Positions 1-18,000 of a DNA stretch of 64,000 nt are shown here, in pieces. Location: positions 13,343,240 to 13,407,239 of the forward strand of contig CM119263.1 in NCBI GenBank assembly GCA_051294375.1. The letters run 5' to 3'. Each line of letters begins with the position of its first letter. The first letter of the stretch is position 1. The stretch comes from Paraspadella gotoi. Lineage: Eukaryota; Animalia; Chaetognatha. The translations under genes were made by a program, and so were the position numbers. The notes under the pieces are model-generated. The model had not been told where the DNA came from. It did no database searches and was given only the letters and a program-made list of their open reading frames with translations.

Positions 1-6
1 TCTCTT

Positions 7-59
<53 letters not shown>

Positions 60-74
<15 letters not shown>

Positions 75-277
75 CTGTCTCTCTCCTTTTTTTTTACGTT
101 TCGCCTCTTTCACAATGGCGACGTGCCTAAGTTTCCTCTCTCTTTATTCTCTTCATGTTTTTTTTCTTTTCTCTTTCTTTATTTTTTCATTTTTTTCCCT
201 TTTTTCCTCATTTCTCGTTTTTAATCACTCTCTCGTTAATCACGTCCGAGCAGCGATGATCATCTTTTCGATCGTCC

Positions 278-309
<32 letters not shown>

Positions 310-646
310 CGCTCCTCTCTCTCGTCTCTCTCTCTCTCTCCTCTCTCTCTCGTCGACTCTCTCTCTCTCTCGGCCTGAATAAACACCCCTCTTCTCCAGT
401 GTCTCAAAGTCAACCTCTTTTCCTTCAACACGCCAGTCTCAAGGTGCCAATTAATTAATAAATCGCCTTAAATCCTCAGACTTCTCGAGACCCTTGACAC
501 CCCAACCCACATATCAGCGCCACTTCGTCATCCCCTTTTCAAAAGCCTCGTTTGTCGAGACTCGATTTCTCGAAAACCGGAAATCTTCTGCGTTTGACGT
601 TTTTGTTTCTTGGCGCCAAGAAGCCGTCGCCTTGGAGACGGAGTCG
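60..646. repeat. Block X; a noisy copy recurs at ~5880-6500 and ~7625-7815
   Basis: Shared words appear in order: cattctgtc, aatggc..acgtgcct, aggtgccaattaatta, tcctcagact, gagaccctt, atcagcgccactt, gagactcga, ccggaaatct. The second copy is full of single-base insertions. Confidence 0.85.
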
Positions 647-844
647 NNNNNNNNNNNNNNNNNNNNNNNNNNNNNNNNNNNNNNNNNNNNNNNNNNNNNN
701 NNNNNNNNNNNNNNNNNNNNNNNNNNNNNNNNNNNNNNNNNNNNNNNNNNNNNNNNNNNNNNNNNNNNNNNNNNNNNNNNNNNNNNNNNNNNNNNNNNNN
801 NNNNNNNNNNNNNNNNNNNNNNNNNNNNNNNNNNNNNNNNNNNN

Positions 845-5600
<4,756 letters not shown>

Positions 5601-8600
5601 CTCTCTCTCTCTCTGTCGAATGTCGCTGCAATCAAGTCGGTCGACTAACACCTAGCTCGTGTCCACAATGTCCAGCTCCTTTCTCCTTCATTCGACCACT
5701 CTTACACGTCTCATCCGTCGTGATTTCTCTCCTCATTACTCCGTACGCCAGCCGCCACCGTGAACGGAAAAACTGCAGAGCTCGCTGACTTGCGGGGCAC
5801 GTCTCCCTTGGTGTATGTTGCTCTCTCTTCCTCTCTCGTCTCTCTCTCCATTTTTTCTCTTTCTCTCTTCACTCAGGCTGCATTCTGTCGTCTCTACCCT
5901 TTTTTATTAACGTTTCGACCTCTGCTCAACTAAATGGCTGACGTGCCTGTAAGTTCCTTCTCTGCGCATTTATTCTCTTGGGTGTATTCATTTGTTTTTC
6001 TGTCACTGTGTTTCGTCTCTTCTTTATTCTGCCTTTAATCATCTTTAAAACCTCCTTGTTTTCTCATTTTCTCCTGAGCGTTAAAATTAAGTCACCACTC
6101 TCCTTTCCTCAGGTTAACCAATCATCACGTGCTGTAACACGCGAGAAGCGAGCATGCTATCATGTCCTTTTGAGAAGCTCCTCTTCTCTGATCTTTGCGA
6201 AGTCCTTTAGATAACCTTCTGTTCCTCATACTCTCTTCTCTCTATTCTCTCTCTCAACTCTCGTTCTCGTCAATCCTCTCTCCTACTCTAATTATCAATC
6301 TCTCACACTCTTAATCTCAATCTCTCACGTCTCTCTGCCATTTAACACCGCCTCAACATCTTCTCTAAGTTTCCTCACACAGCGTGCATATCCTCTTTCT
6401 TCCGACAAGCAACGCCCAAGTCGCAGGTGCCAATTAATTAACGTAAATTCTCGACCTGATATATAATCCTCAGACTGCTTTCTGTACTCGAGACCCTTTG
6501 TAACATTGCGAAAATTTTAATTTGGATTGAGGGCTTATTATCAATTAACGGAGTCTTCTTCGTGTAATCGCTTTAGCATTTTGGCGCATTGTTAAAAGCG
6601 GGTGTACAACAATGTCATAAATAAACACTCTCGCATCTTCAAAAGACTACTTTCCGCTTGTTTCATTCATAGCCTCTGGTTGTTGAAACTTAGGCTCTTC
6701 TTCGTATGTATAGCAGAAGGAAAGTCGTTGGCTTGCGAAACGCCCGATCTCTAACTGATGGAAAAAGGCGATATCGGAGGACTGAAAAATTACAATTGGC
6801 AGACCATTTTGTTCCCCCCTAAAATAATTCTCCTAAAAAAATAAAATCAATAAATGGAGAAAAACATGAGTATCTCACTTATAAGAATATTCTTCCGGCG
6901 CAACATTTCCGGCTTTCGGCACCTTTTCTGTAAACACGTTTTATGCGACTAAAAATAAAAAACGGGAGGGCACTGAATTAGATTTTAAATTAAAAATAAA
7001 ATCACTTGTTGTTCCTAGTCTGTTCGACACCCGCGGCTTCGGATCGGTACGCGATCAATCGAAGTCCTCGGTAATCGCTACTCTCTCAGCCATTTTTGTT
7101 ATTAACCGCAAAGAAAAAAACATGCAGGTTCATGGCGTGTAAACGCCAGACTTCGCACCCTCCTTTTTTATTTCCAAATTTTTCTGGGAGTTGCGTTGGT
7201 CGAGCATGGAGTGAAAAAGCAATTCAAGTCGAGAGCAAAATAAATTAGAAAAATTAACATTAAATTAATAATTCAAAAATAAGTTTTTACACATGAACTC
7301 GAAACCCTGGGCAACGTGGGCAATAGAAACTCTGTTTATGGGGAAACGGTTAATGATGACGTTTGGACCGAATTAAAGTGATTTTTAAATCGTTTCACAC
7401 CCGCTTGATAAAACGGCAGCTTGAATAAACAGCGAAGCTTAATGAACAGTATTTTCGGCATATAAATAGAAACTATTGGCTCATACAGATCGACCGTTAA
7501 AAAGACGGCAAGTAACATTATCACAAAACGCGTAGCAGCCAGTTCCTCAACTAAGATAACAGACAATTGATATGAATGACGATTGCGGTGTTAAATATGA
7601 AACAAATAACAATACATAGAACACACACTGATTCCAACGCCACTCCGCACATAATCAGCGCCACTTAAATGATTCAATTCCTTTTGTCACTCTAAAGGCG
7701 TATTTGATGATCGAGACTCGAAGTCTCGTAGAAGCCGGAAATCTCTGAGCGTTATACGTTTTTGAGATATTATTTGAGAGACTGAGCCAAGAACGTCGCC
7801 TGTATATCACGAGTCAACGCCTGAGACGCGAGATTGTCGACTCTTGCGTTAGAAGAGTGAGAGAACAGAAATCATGTATAAAGTACTTTAGTTTCGGCTC
7901 TTTTATATTATGATATAATGTCTCTCTATCTCTAATCATTTTATCAAATCACTGCTTAACTTTTCGGTCATCACGCGCCGCATATTTATTCTTCTCTCTT
8001 ACCATAGTCAGCTATATATACAGAAAATGATACAATTTAGAAATTAATGTTTTCATAGTTTTGAAAGCAGATTCGAAAATTCTTGCATTAAAGTTAGCCA
8101 CAAAATTTAAAAAAACTAGTATTTTTTATTGCAAATAATTTAAATTATAAAGGTTAATAATACAATACGTTTTTTAGGATTTTGATCCACTTATGAAATA
8201 ATTTTCAAAAAAAGAAGTTATAGTTCCTTTATCAACTTTTCGTGAGGAATTCGGAAATCTACTTTTAAAAATAAGAAAAACTGTGGACGTCAACACAAGT
8301 TTCAGAATCAAGAATGATGTTGCGTCGGCAGCAAAACGCATTTTAAAAATTTTTACACTTTTCTTCAGTAGCTTTCACGCTATAAATATGGGCGACTTGG
8401 GCGTATGGAAAATTGAAAAAATTAAATTAAATTTTTTTATTATTAAAAATGTTCACAGGTACATCAGCCTGTTGCGTGATCTACTATTCGCATTTTGTAT
8501 TCTCTATTGATTTTAATATTTTTGCTACGCTTTAATATGCATACATAAAAGTATAAGAAATAGGCTTTCTTGCTAGGCCTGTTTGGATGACCGCGTCATT

Positions 8601-8674
8601 CGCCAATTTGAGTTGAGTATGAGTCGGGTTTGTCTTCACGATCCGAGCCGGGGCGTGGATTTTCGAGTCCGCTG

Positions 8675-8926
8675 TCATCGCATGTCCAACGTTCGTTCCC
8701 ACGCCGGGAAGTGACGTGAATTGTCGGATACGGTGTCGGCGCCTATCGGCCGGCGCGGGGCGGAGTCGACTTCATCCGAAGGCGTCGGTGAAGTCGTTTT
8801 CGTCGACAGGTGAATATCTCCGTGCGCCGATCGGGATGTCATGTCGTCGTTGGCGGCGAGAGACGTGTTTGGCGTCGGAGCAAGTTCGACGTTGTTATCG
8901 TCCGCGACGTCGGCGACGGATATCGA
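8675..8926 (-). CDS. Candidate coding exon (possibly terminal) for an unknown low-complexity D/S/T/P-rich peptide
   Basis: A minus-strand acceptor, ggattattttcag|TCG, is followed by 83 open codons (SISVADVADDNNVELAPTPNTSLAANDDMTSRSAHGDIHL...WERTLDMR*). Codons are rich in GAC/GCC/GTC/AAC, and GC content rises sharply against the AT-rich flank. I recognise no homology. Confidence 0.35.
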   Translation of the reverse strand, partial: SISVADVADDNNVELAPTPNTSLAANDDMTSRSAHGDIHLSTKTTSPTPSDEVDSAPRRPIGADTVSDNSRHFPAWERTLDMR

Positions 8927-9894
8927 CTGAAAATAATCCAAGTCGTAATACCTAATCCGGAAAACCGATGTATAGCTCGATGTTCTGACATACACAATAG
9001 GAACGACGACGACGACGCACGACGAAAAAAAAAGCACGTTTTCTTCACGACGTCAGTTTTAATCTCATGAGATACAGGGAGTAAATCATAAAGAATGTGT
9101 CTCGTCAAATCGACGAGGGACGAAGAGAAACCAAAAACCGTCGAAGTAATTTGACGTCACGAAAATCAGATGCAGTCGACGAAGAACGTAACATTTCGCG
9201 GAAGTGAGGATGAATGCAAGTCGACTGACGAGGGCGGCGGCGGCGGCGGTGGCGGCGGCGCGGCGCGATGAAACGCGTCGAAGCGAAACGATGACGTTTG
9301 GGTGGGAGGGGAAGTTGGGCTCAAGTGCGCGGAGAGAAACGGGGAAAGGATCTACTCGGCGGGGAAGGAATATAGCGGAAGATAGGAAGCGTCGGGTGCG
9401 CAAAGGAGGTAGGGGGGAGATGAGAGAGAGAGAGAGAGAGAGCAGAGAGAGAGAGGGAGAAGAAGAGAGAGAGGAGAAGAGAGAGACGAGATGCAGAGAG
9501 GAGATGAGAGAGCGTCCCTGAACGAAAAAGTTAGTAGTTCGCCCGAGCGTTGCTCTCTTTCGTCTCCCCTACTGCTTACTCCCGTTTTATTGAATTGAGT
9601 AGAAAATGACAACCGATCCCACATAAAGCGGTGTCATGATACATCTGGACAATTCTGGGCGTAAACTTTCAGAAAACAATGATTCCCGTATTTGCTACAT
9701 GCCTGGATTTAACTAGACACGATCAGATCTATTCATTAGAGCCCACGGCCAGTACCTTTTTTCAAAGATTTGACTTGGACCGAAAAAACAAAATCATATT
9801 TCTTTATAAAATATTAACCATTTCGAGGGAAGATTTTTTCCCCAATTTTTTCGATACCTTCTCCCTCCCTCCCTCTCTGCTCTCTCTCTCTCGC

Positions 9895-12800
9895 TCTCTC
9901 TTTCATAATTCGTTTTTTCATTATTTCCGAGACCCTCATCAGTCTGTTCTGATAGGTGAATAATGGAGTAATTTTAAACTTAAATTGATTAAATAATGAT
10001 TTCAAGATTGTAATAATTGAATTATTCCAAAAAGTTCAATCTATTAAGAAAAAAGCAAATCTAAATGAAAATCGACTGATGCGGTGCTTAAAATAACTTC
10101 TCTTAAACACATTTAGATTTTAATATAATCCCACGAAAAGGAAAGGAGCAAGAAAAATTTATATTGTTTTTTTTTATAGATTATATCGGGGTGAAGTCAA
10201 ATATGCGAGAGCAGAGGAAAGGAAATAAAAACGGCTCACACCAACCTCACGATAAATTAATTTTTTTTATAAAAGCTCCCGCTTTCGAGGGATTAAAGAA
10301 CAATTTCTCTTACTTTTTCCAAACCGCTTATAAGCTGACGGGATATGTCAATGATGCATCTGGAAAAAGAGACTTTTTTTTTCGTCTTAAGGATTTAAGA
10401 TCATGGAAGGAAGGAAAAAAAAAATAGAGACTATATTTTGAGCGTTTATTTCTATTCGTTTATAATTACTCATTTTAATTGTTGATTTTTTTTTTATAAA
10501 GTTTTATCTTAACGAAATAAAATCCCGGTGGAAGTTCACCAAGCCAGTGAGTGGCCTGACGAGTTTTTCCGACAGACTCGCATGGGCAAACCTTAAGGTC
10601 TTCGGGGTGAAAGCCTACGGACAAATCTTCCCGATTAGTTTAGAAATCAGACCTGGAACAATATACTTACCCTTAATATTACCATAAAAAAAAGCCAACA
10701 GTTTCAAATGCTCGATTTTTGAAAATTACCGCTAGACGCTTGTTGTTCTGGCTTCATTGTTTGTTGTTGTCGCGATGGGTCGGTACAGGCGCCGTCTCTC
10801 ATTACGCATCTCCTCTCCTTTCTCTCTTGAAACGTAAGATTTAAGGCGGACCAAAAAGCCAAAAAGTTGTGACTTTTAAATTTTGACCAACAAAATTCTT
10901 TTTTACACCACCCAACGCACTCTTCCGGGCTCATCCGAGTTATTAATGTGAATAAATGAATGAATAATGAAATGATAAACAACCTTTTTTCCCAAGGAAC
11001 GATAAGGAAAAGAAAGATAAAGAAAACACTTTTCTCCCCCCCTTCACAAAAAAAAAATTTTTCTATCAAAAAAGTAAGGTTCGAACCGGGCACGTCGCTC
11101 TCCTACAGGGGTTAGTTTTTGTTTTGTAAACTTTCTCCTTTGATTGTTTCGGGTCCCTCTAGCCTTACTTCTTTTATTTCTAGTTCCTTATTTTTTTTTA
11201 CTTTCTTTATTTTTATGTGTGCTGTATTGTTATTCAGTGGGATTCGATCAAGCCTATTACCTTTTCATCATCGCAGACTTTCATACATTACTTGGTTCAA
11301 GGCGAATTTTTTTCCGGTGAGGCGAGAGAAAGGAAAAGAAAAAGATAGCGACTCAAATCCTTTTTTTCTAATTTGTTTGCTTCGGTATTTTTCTTTCACT
11401 TATTCTCCCTTTCCCCACTTCGCGATTTCGCTTTCACTTATTTTTTTGCTTCAATCAAAATTCATAGACAAAAAAAATGATCAAGAGTTGCATCGACGAA
11501 AAAAATTTGCAAAATGAATAATGAAAAAGATTTTATTTTCTTCTTATTATATCTTTATTTATTAAGAAAGGAAAAGCGATTTTTTTGTTTTTGTTAATTG
11601 ATGTAAATGAAAGGGACGGCCCCGTAATTACACCGACTTGTTCTGAGGCCAGATCTCAAGTTACTCTCTCTCTGTCAAGTTAACAAAATTACTAGGGAAA
11701 CCTCAAGTTGTTTTTTTTTTTCGCTCGAAACTAATCGAATACGAAGTTTTTTTGCTAATTAACGTAGCTTTTGAGGCAAATATTGGCTTTGCCATTCTGT
11801 TTTCAAGCGATTTGGCCATAACTATAATTCCCTGTCATTAAAACCTACGATATACTCTTGTTTACCTAAAAATCTCGTTACTGATTTTCTGTTCAAATCG
11901 CAAAAAAAAAAGTGATTTACTTGGGACTGACTCACTTGTTCCTTAAAACTCATTAATAGGGTGTTAATCTTCCGAGATTACCAATAACTAAAAATCCTTT
12001 TACCTCTATTTGAATGCAAAAAAAAAAAAAAAAACGAAAAACAAAACAAACTCATACATCTCAAAGAAATTTTGTTAAAAAAATGCCAGAAAACATATCA
12101 TTCTATGATTATTGTAAAAGTGTATAGGCTTCAATTGTACATATTTTCATGCCCGACCCTTCTCCTCTCTCCCCCCATTTCCCGCCCCCCCCAAAAAAAA
12201 ACACGAAAAAAGAATAGTTATCCCCTTGTTTTCCGTTGTTTATCATCTTCATTTTTTCCTATGTCTTTTGTTACTTTGTACACTTCACTGTTTTTTGCCC
12301 TAAAAATCTATTGTTCAATAGAAACGAAAAACATTATCTTATTTGTTAAAAACTTATTTATTGATGATACCAGCACTGTTTTGTGATAAGACCTTGTGTG
12401 TAAATCCTTTGAAAAATGAAAAAAGACCACGATCGATTAATATACTTCCATTGCAGCCCAAATATCGTATTCTTATTATTTTCAATCGAAATTAGAGAGA
12501 GAAAGAAATCTATAGTCAGTTAATTACAATATTTGTATTTTTTTATTTTTCGAGAGTTGTGAGTTGTGAAAAGAAAATCCCGGTGCTAGAAATTCTTTGC
12601 TTCCACCGTCAGAAAAGAGGAAAATTAGAAATTCGAAAATACAAAAAACGGAAGAGAAAAAAAAAAAGAGAAAAAGATAAAGCCATGATTTGAGACTCGG
12701 AGAAGGAGTGAGAGTGGGAGAGAACAAAGTTGGACACCTCCAATTCCTGGAAGCCGCCTGATAACAACTCGAAAAAACTCCATTTGCATTTTGCAATTTC

Positions 12801-13629
12801 TTCTTCTTCTATGATAATGTAATCTTCGTGCGTCTGTTGCGGCTTCTGATTGGCGTTCGTTTCGTCTTTGTGACGTCCTGACTTGTTTGGCGCTAACAGA
12901 TTGAAACGCGACCACCATGGCGGCGACCACAAGGCGCGCTAAGTTTGTGGTGCCAGATTAAAGCCCAACAATTGTGAACGTGATCAGTGATCACGGTAGC
13001 GAGCAATTATGTCTTCTTTTCCTCCGACTTTTTACAAAAATAAATTTTTTTTTTGAAATTGGAAAAAAAATTTTTAAAAAATTATGGAAGATTCCTTAGT
13101 AAAATAATACCCAAAATATATTAGGATTAGAGTTTATATCAAAAACTATGTTAAAAGCTAAATTGTAAAAAATTATTTATTTTCCTTACATGTTTATTTA
13201 ACTCCAGTCTGCTGATCCGGTAAAGATATGACAGAGAAGGCCGGAACCAGTAAAAACCTCAACAGGATTACGATCTTTTCTTTCGACCGAATCCAATATC
13301 TTCACGAACTCTTTTTCTGTTCTTTCTTAACAATACAGTCGAATCTTTCGCGTTACTCGATCGGGAAGCAATTGACGACGCCCATCGCGCGGAAAATTCA
13401 CTGCCTCACGTGATCGACGATTCACCGTGCAATCGCGCCCTTAATCTCATTGCATATTTGGAAAGGTCAAAGGGAAAACGAGAGGCTGTTTGATGAAAAG
13501 CGGGTGAGAAAGAATAGGGGTGAGATTGACCGCCGACGAAACTAGAAAGAAAAGAGAATATTGACACAAAAGAGAATCTGTCGCATTGTTATCATTCCGT
13601 CTTATGATACTGGGAGAGTCAAAATAATC

Positions 13630-13685
<56 letters not shown>

Positions 13686-13692
13686 AGGAGAG

Positions 13693-13753
<61 letters not shown>

Positions 13754-14905
13754 AGAGAGGAGGAAGGAGAGAGAGAGTAGAGAATTTATAGATTTAATGA
13801 AATACGCCTAGTTGCAAGTAATTTTACTTCTGTTAGAAAACTCTCGCCGCTTTTACTACGGTTTTTTTTTCAATAATAAAAAAATAAATGAATCATAATA
13901 GTATTTTCAAATTGGTCTCCTTTGCTTTGTCTCTCTTCCTCGCTCATGATCATAATCTCCTTAACCATCGCCCGCGTCATCATCGCGGCCGGCGTCTTTA
14001 AGTAAAAAAAAAAAGATAAAAAAAAAAAAAAAAAAAAATTAAACGACAAAAGAAAAAAAAAAGAAAAAAAAAATTAAAAAAAAAAAAATATGAAAAAAAA
14101 ATCGAAAATAAAAAAAAAAAAATGTTAAGAGAGAGAGAGGAGAAGAGAAGACGAGAAAGAGAGAGGAGCAGAGAGAAGTGAGATGAGAGAGAGAGAGAGA
14201 AGAGGAGAGAGAGAGAGAGAGAGAAAAAAGAGGGGAGAGAATTTTTGGCTGTCGTCAAAAAACCAATTCGTGGCCGGCTTTTAAAAGGGCGCCGGTTTTT
14301 AAGAGATGGGGGAAAGGGCAAGCGCCGGCTCGGGATATGACGCCGACGGGGGGGCGTGAGGGAGCGCCACAATGAAGTTCACCTTTTGTCTTTTTGTTCC
14401 TTTGGTTTCTCGTCCGTCGCGTCTTTTGTCTTCCTTCTCGCTTTTTCATTCCGAGCGCCCCCGCTCGTTTTCTCTCTTCATTTGCTCGACTCGCGCAGCC
14501 CTCTTTTCCCTCTCTCCTTACTGAACATCCAACTTCCTGCTTTTCCTATTCTTCCGACTTTCACAATATCATCCCACTCATGCTTCACTCACTTATCAGT
14601 GCCCTTTTTTTCTTTATTTTCCCGCTTTTTCTTCCTTAGTGGGCCTATTTTTTCTGACCTCCCCTACCTCTCCCTGACACTATGCTTCCCCTATTTCTCC
14701 CTATTCTTTCCTAATTCCTCCAATCTATCCCTTCTCACCTCTTCTTATCTTTTCTATCGCTTTCTTCCCATCTCCCCTCTCTCTCTATCCCCTCCCTTCC
14801 TCGTTTACCTAATCTCACCCCCGCTCGCCCTCTCTTATCATCCCACGTATCATGTTTTTTAACACATCAACTGGAAAACAATCCGCAACATATAACCATC
14901 GGATA
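9895..14905. repeat. Block A, copy 2
   Basis: Colinear with 845-5600. It is insertion-rich at its start, cleaner later, and ends just before the 25-N gap at 15070-15094. Confidence 0.95.
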
Positions 14906-15094
14906 AGTCTCTCGTAGTCTCCCTGTACTCCTTCTTTCTCGTTCATCTCTCTCTCCTCTCTCCTCTCTCTCTCCTCTCTCTCTCCTCTCTCTTCTCTCTC
15001 TCTCTCTCTCTCATCTCTCTCTCTTCTCTCTCTCTCATCTCGTCGTTTTCTCTCTCTCTCTCTTCTCTTNNNNNNNNNNNNNNNNNNNNNNNNN

Positions 15095-18000
15095 CTCTCT
15101 CTCGGCGAAGTTGCCAGAAACTGCGAGCCAGCAACTATCTTGATGAAGCTGAGACAAAGGCAGCAGTTTTTATTGCTTTTCTTTATGTGTCGCTATTTTG
15201 TTCAACTCATACAATGTTTAAGGCACAAAAAGTCATTGCATTTCGGAAATTTTAACTCAATATAAAATCATTACATTGGATGTTTTTTTAAAAGTTAATA
15301 CTCAAATGGCAAACTTCAACAAATCAAGTACCCAAGTACACAAATACCCAAAAATCGATAAAATATCGAAAAAAATATTTTTTTTAAATATTACGTATTT
15401 GACCTATGGACGGCAATAAATTAAATAAATAAAATAAACAACAACGAAAACTCGACAAAAAAAAACACAAAAACAACGACAAGCAAAACAACAACAACAA
15501 CAACGCCTAATTCAATTGAAAGGAGCGACTCGTCGATCGGAAAACAACAACAAACAGTCGATAGCGATAATTGAGAATAGAGGAAAAAAATTGAAAGCAT
15601 GTGGCTCGGATTTGGACGAGCAAAGTGGGAGAAAGCGGAGGTGGGATGGAGATAAGGAAGGAAGGGGTTAAGGGGATAGGTGGTGGTGGGGGTGGTGGTC
15701 GTGGTGGTCGTCGTCGAAACGCTTCGTCGATGTTTGATGATAATAGTGAAGCAGCGAAAGGAATCGATTTGATTCGATTAGGGAAAGAGGAAGAGGAAGA
15801 AGAAGAGAAAGAGGAAGAAGACGGGGAGAACGAAGACGAAGAGGAAGAGGAGGACGAGGAGGAGGCGCCGAGATTCGGCCGAAAAAAAATCGGACGTGAC
15901 AAAAGGAATACAACGTGACAAAGAAGAAAACAAAAGATGAACCCGAGCGAGACGAAGAAGTGAAAGCGGGGGGGGAGGAAGAGGGCAGGCGTTGGAAGTT
16001 AAACGGGGAGGGAGAGAGAAGGATGGAAGTTAAACATGGCGGAATGGAGATAGAGAGGGTGGGAATGGGTTGATAGAAAAACAAGAAAAGAAGATATTAG
16101 AGAGACTGAGAGATATATAGATTGTTTAATTATACTGTTATACAATTACAAATAAGTTGAGCGGAGGGCAGCGAACAGAAATATAGCGGGGAAGGCAGGG
16201 AACGAAAGAGAGAGAGAGTTTTAGGGTTTCATGAAGAATGAAGAAAGCGAAAATGGAACTGGCGATTTCGTGGGAATAGGATTCAATAAGAAGTAAAGAG
16301 ATTGAGAACCGAAACAAGAAAAACAACAACTAAAACAAAGCAATTTGGAACAAGCGGAGAAGAGAGGACGGGGACCGAAAACGACGACGAAAAATGATGA
16401 AGAAAAAGTGAGCGAAAAGAGAAAAGAAGAAGAAAAGAGCGAAAGAAAAAGAAGGAGACGAAATCGGGTCAGACTTCATATGGAATTAACGACGCGGACT
16501 CGTGGGCAAACAGGTCTGGATGGTTGAGCGTGGGGAGGGGGGGTAAGGATGGTGGTCGCGTCGGGACAGGGTGGAGGTGGAGAGAGAAATTTAAGGTGGA
16601 AAGGAAAACTGATGAGGATGGAGAACGAAGTACGGGCTGGTGGGAAAAGGTTAGAAAGGTGGGAAAGTGGAAGGTGGGGATTTCGGAGGATGAGATTGGA
16701 GCCTGAAGGGGAGTCAGCGTCTTTTAAACTTAATTTATTTCACTTGAGTTCATTTTTATATTTACTTCTTCATCTTTCATCTTCTTTTTTTTCTGAACAT
16801 TTTCATTCTTGCTTCTTTTTTTCACATCGGTCTCGCTCTTGATAAGGAATCTTCGCCGAGAATAAATGAGGTCAAGTGGGGAGAAGTCAAGCGAAACGAA
16901 AGAGAAAAGAAAAACAAAAAGAAAGAAAAAAAAGGCGATCGCCGAACAATCGATTATTAATCTTCTTTCTTTATTACTTTTTTTCCTTCGGTTTCCGGAC
17001 TTTGGGGCCGAAAATCCGGCGCCGGCTTAAGTCGACGCCGCCGTCGGCCTCTTTTTTGTTTTTGCCCGACACTCTGACTCGATTCACGGTCAAGTGTCGG
17101 TATAAAGATTAAGTTTCTTAATCGACTCTTTATTTTCGATTCTTTGTCGACGAGTTTTTCATCTTTCGCCGACGGTTTTTCGATAAACATTTAGGCCGAC
17201 ATTTGGTGAGGCCAACTGCGTGGGAAGAAACTACTTCTCTCTCATCCGCAATGAGTCAAGAATCGATAAATTGAAAGGAAAAAAAAGGTAAGTTTATTAC
17301 TTGGGTGAGGATTTTGGTCCGGACTCGGAGAAAAGCAATCTCCAAAACGGATATGAGGTCAGTTAATCGGTTTGTGAATCTTGTGTAACTTGGCTTCGTT
17401 GAATGTGAGAGTAATTCTGATGTTGGTGAGAGGTCTCGCATACTTCATTTCCGTACATATAAAGTATAAACATTATACCACTTCCTTAATAGGGAAGCCA
17501 GGTACTCTGGAAGTGCATGAACAAGACTGTGAGAGAGTCTTGATTGATAGCTTGCAGGGATCTGCTATGTCATTATCTTGTAAGCGAGATGGAGGCCTTA
17601 AATCGCCAAAGCCTGTCCAAAGTCAGGGGCAAGATAGCTTGTATATTAAATGAATGGATAATTTTTATATTGGTTGTACCAATGTCATAATAATTTTGGA
17701 AACAATTATGAAATTGACAATGATATTGTTTTTCTCTTTTTTCCTCTTTTCTCATTTATAACCGTCGCCTTAGGAGAAACAGGGGATGGTCGAACTCAGA
17801 TACTACTACTTTTTTCGTGGCTAAAATCGGGGAAAATAAATCTTCTCCCCTTCCATTATTTTCGTGTTATTATTTTTATTGTTTTAATCTTTTTTAATTT
17901 TTACTTTAACTCTCAAAAATTACAAGTTGGGTGAAAAAAAACAAAAACAATCATCACAAATTCTCAAAATTCCTTCCTTCTTCCCAGTAACCCCATCCTA

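Noticed and set aside
15601-15918. Gly-rich and acidic ORF (105 aa)
   Set aside because: It comes from GGT/GAA/GAG triplet low complexity, its frame is not preserved in the second copy, and it lacks splice support.
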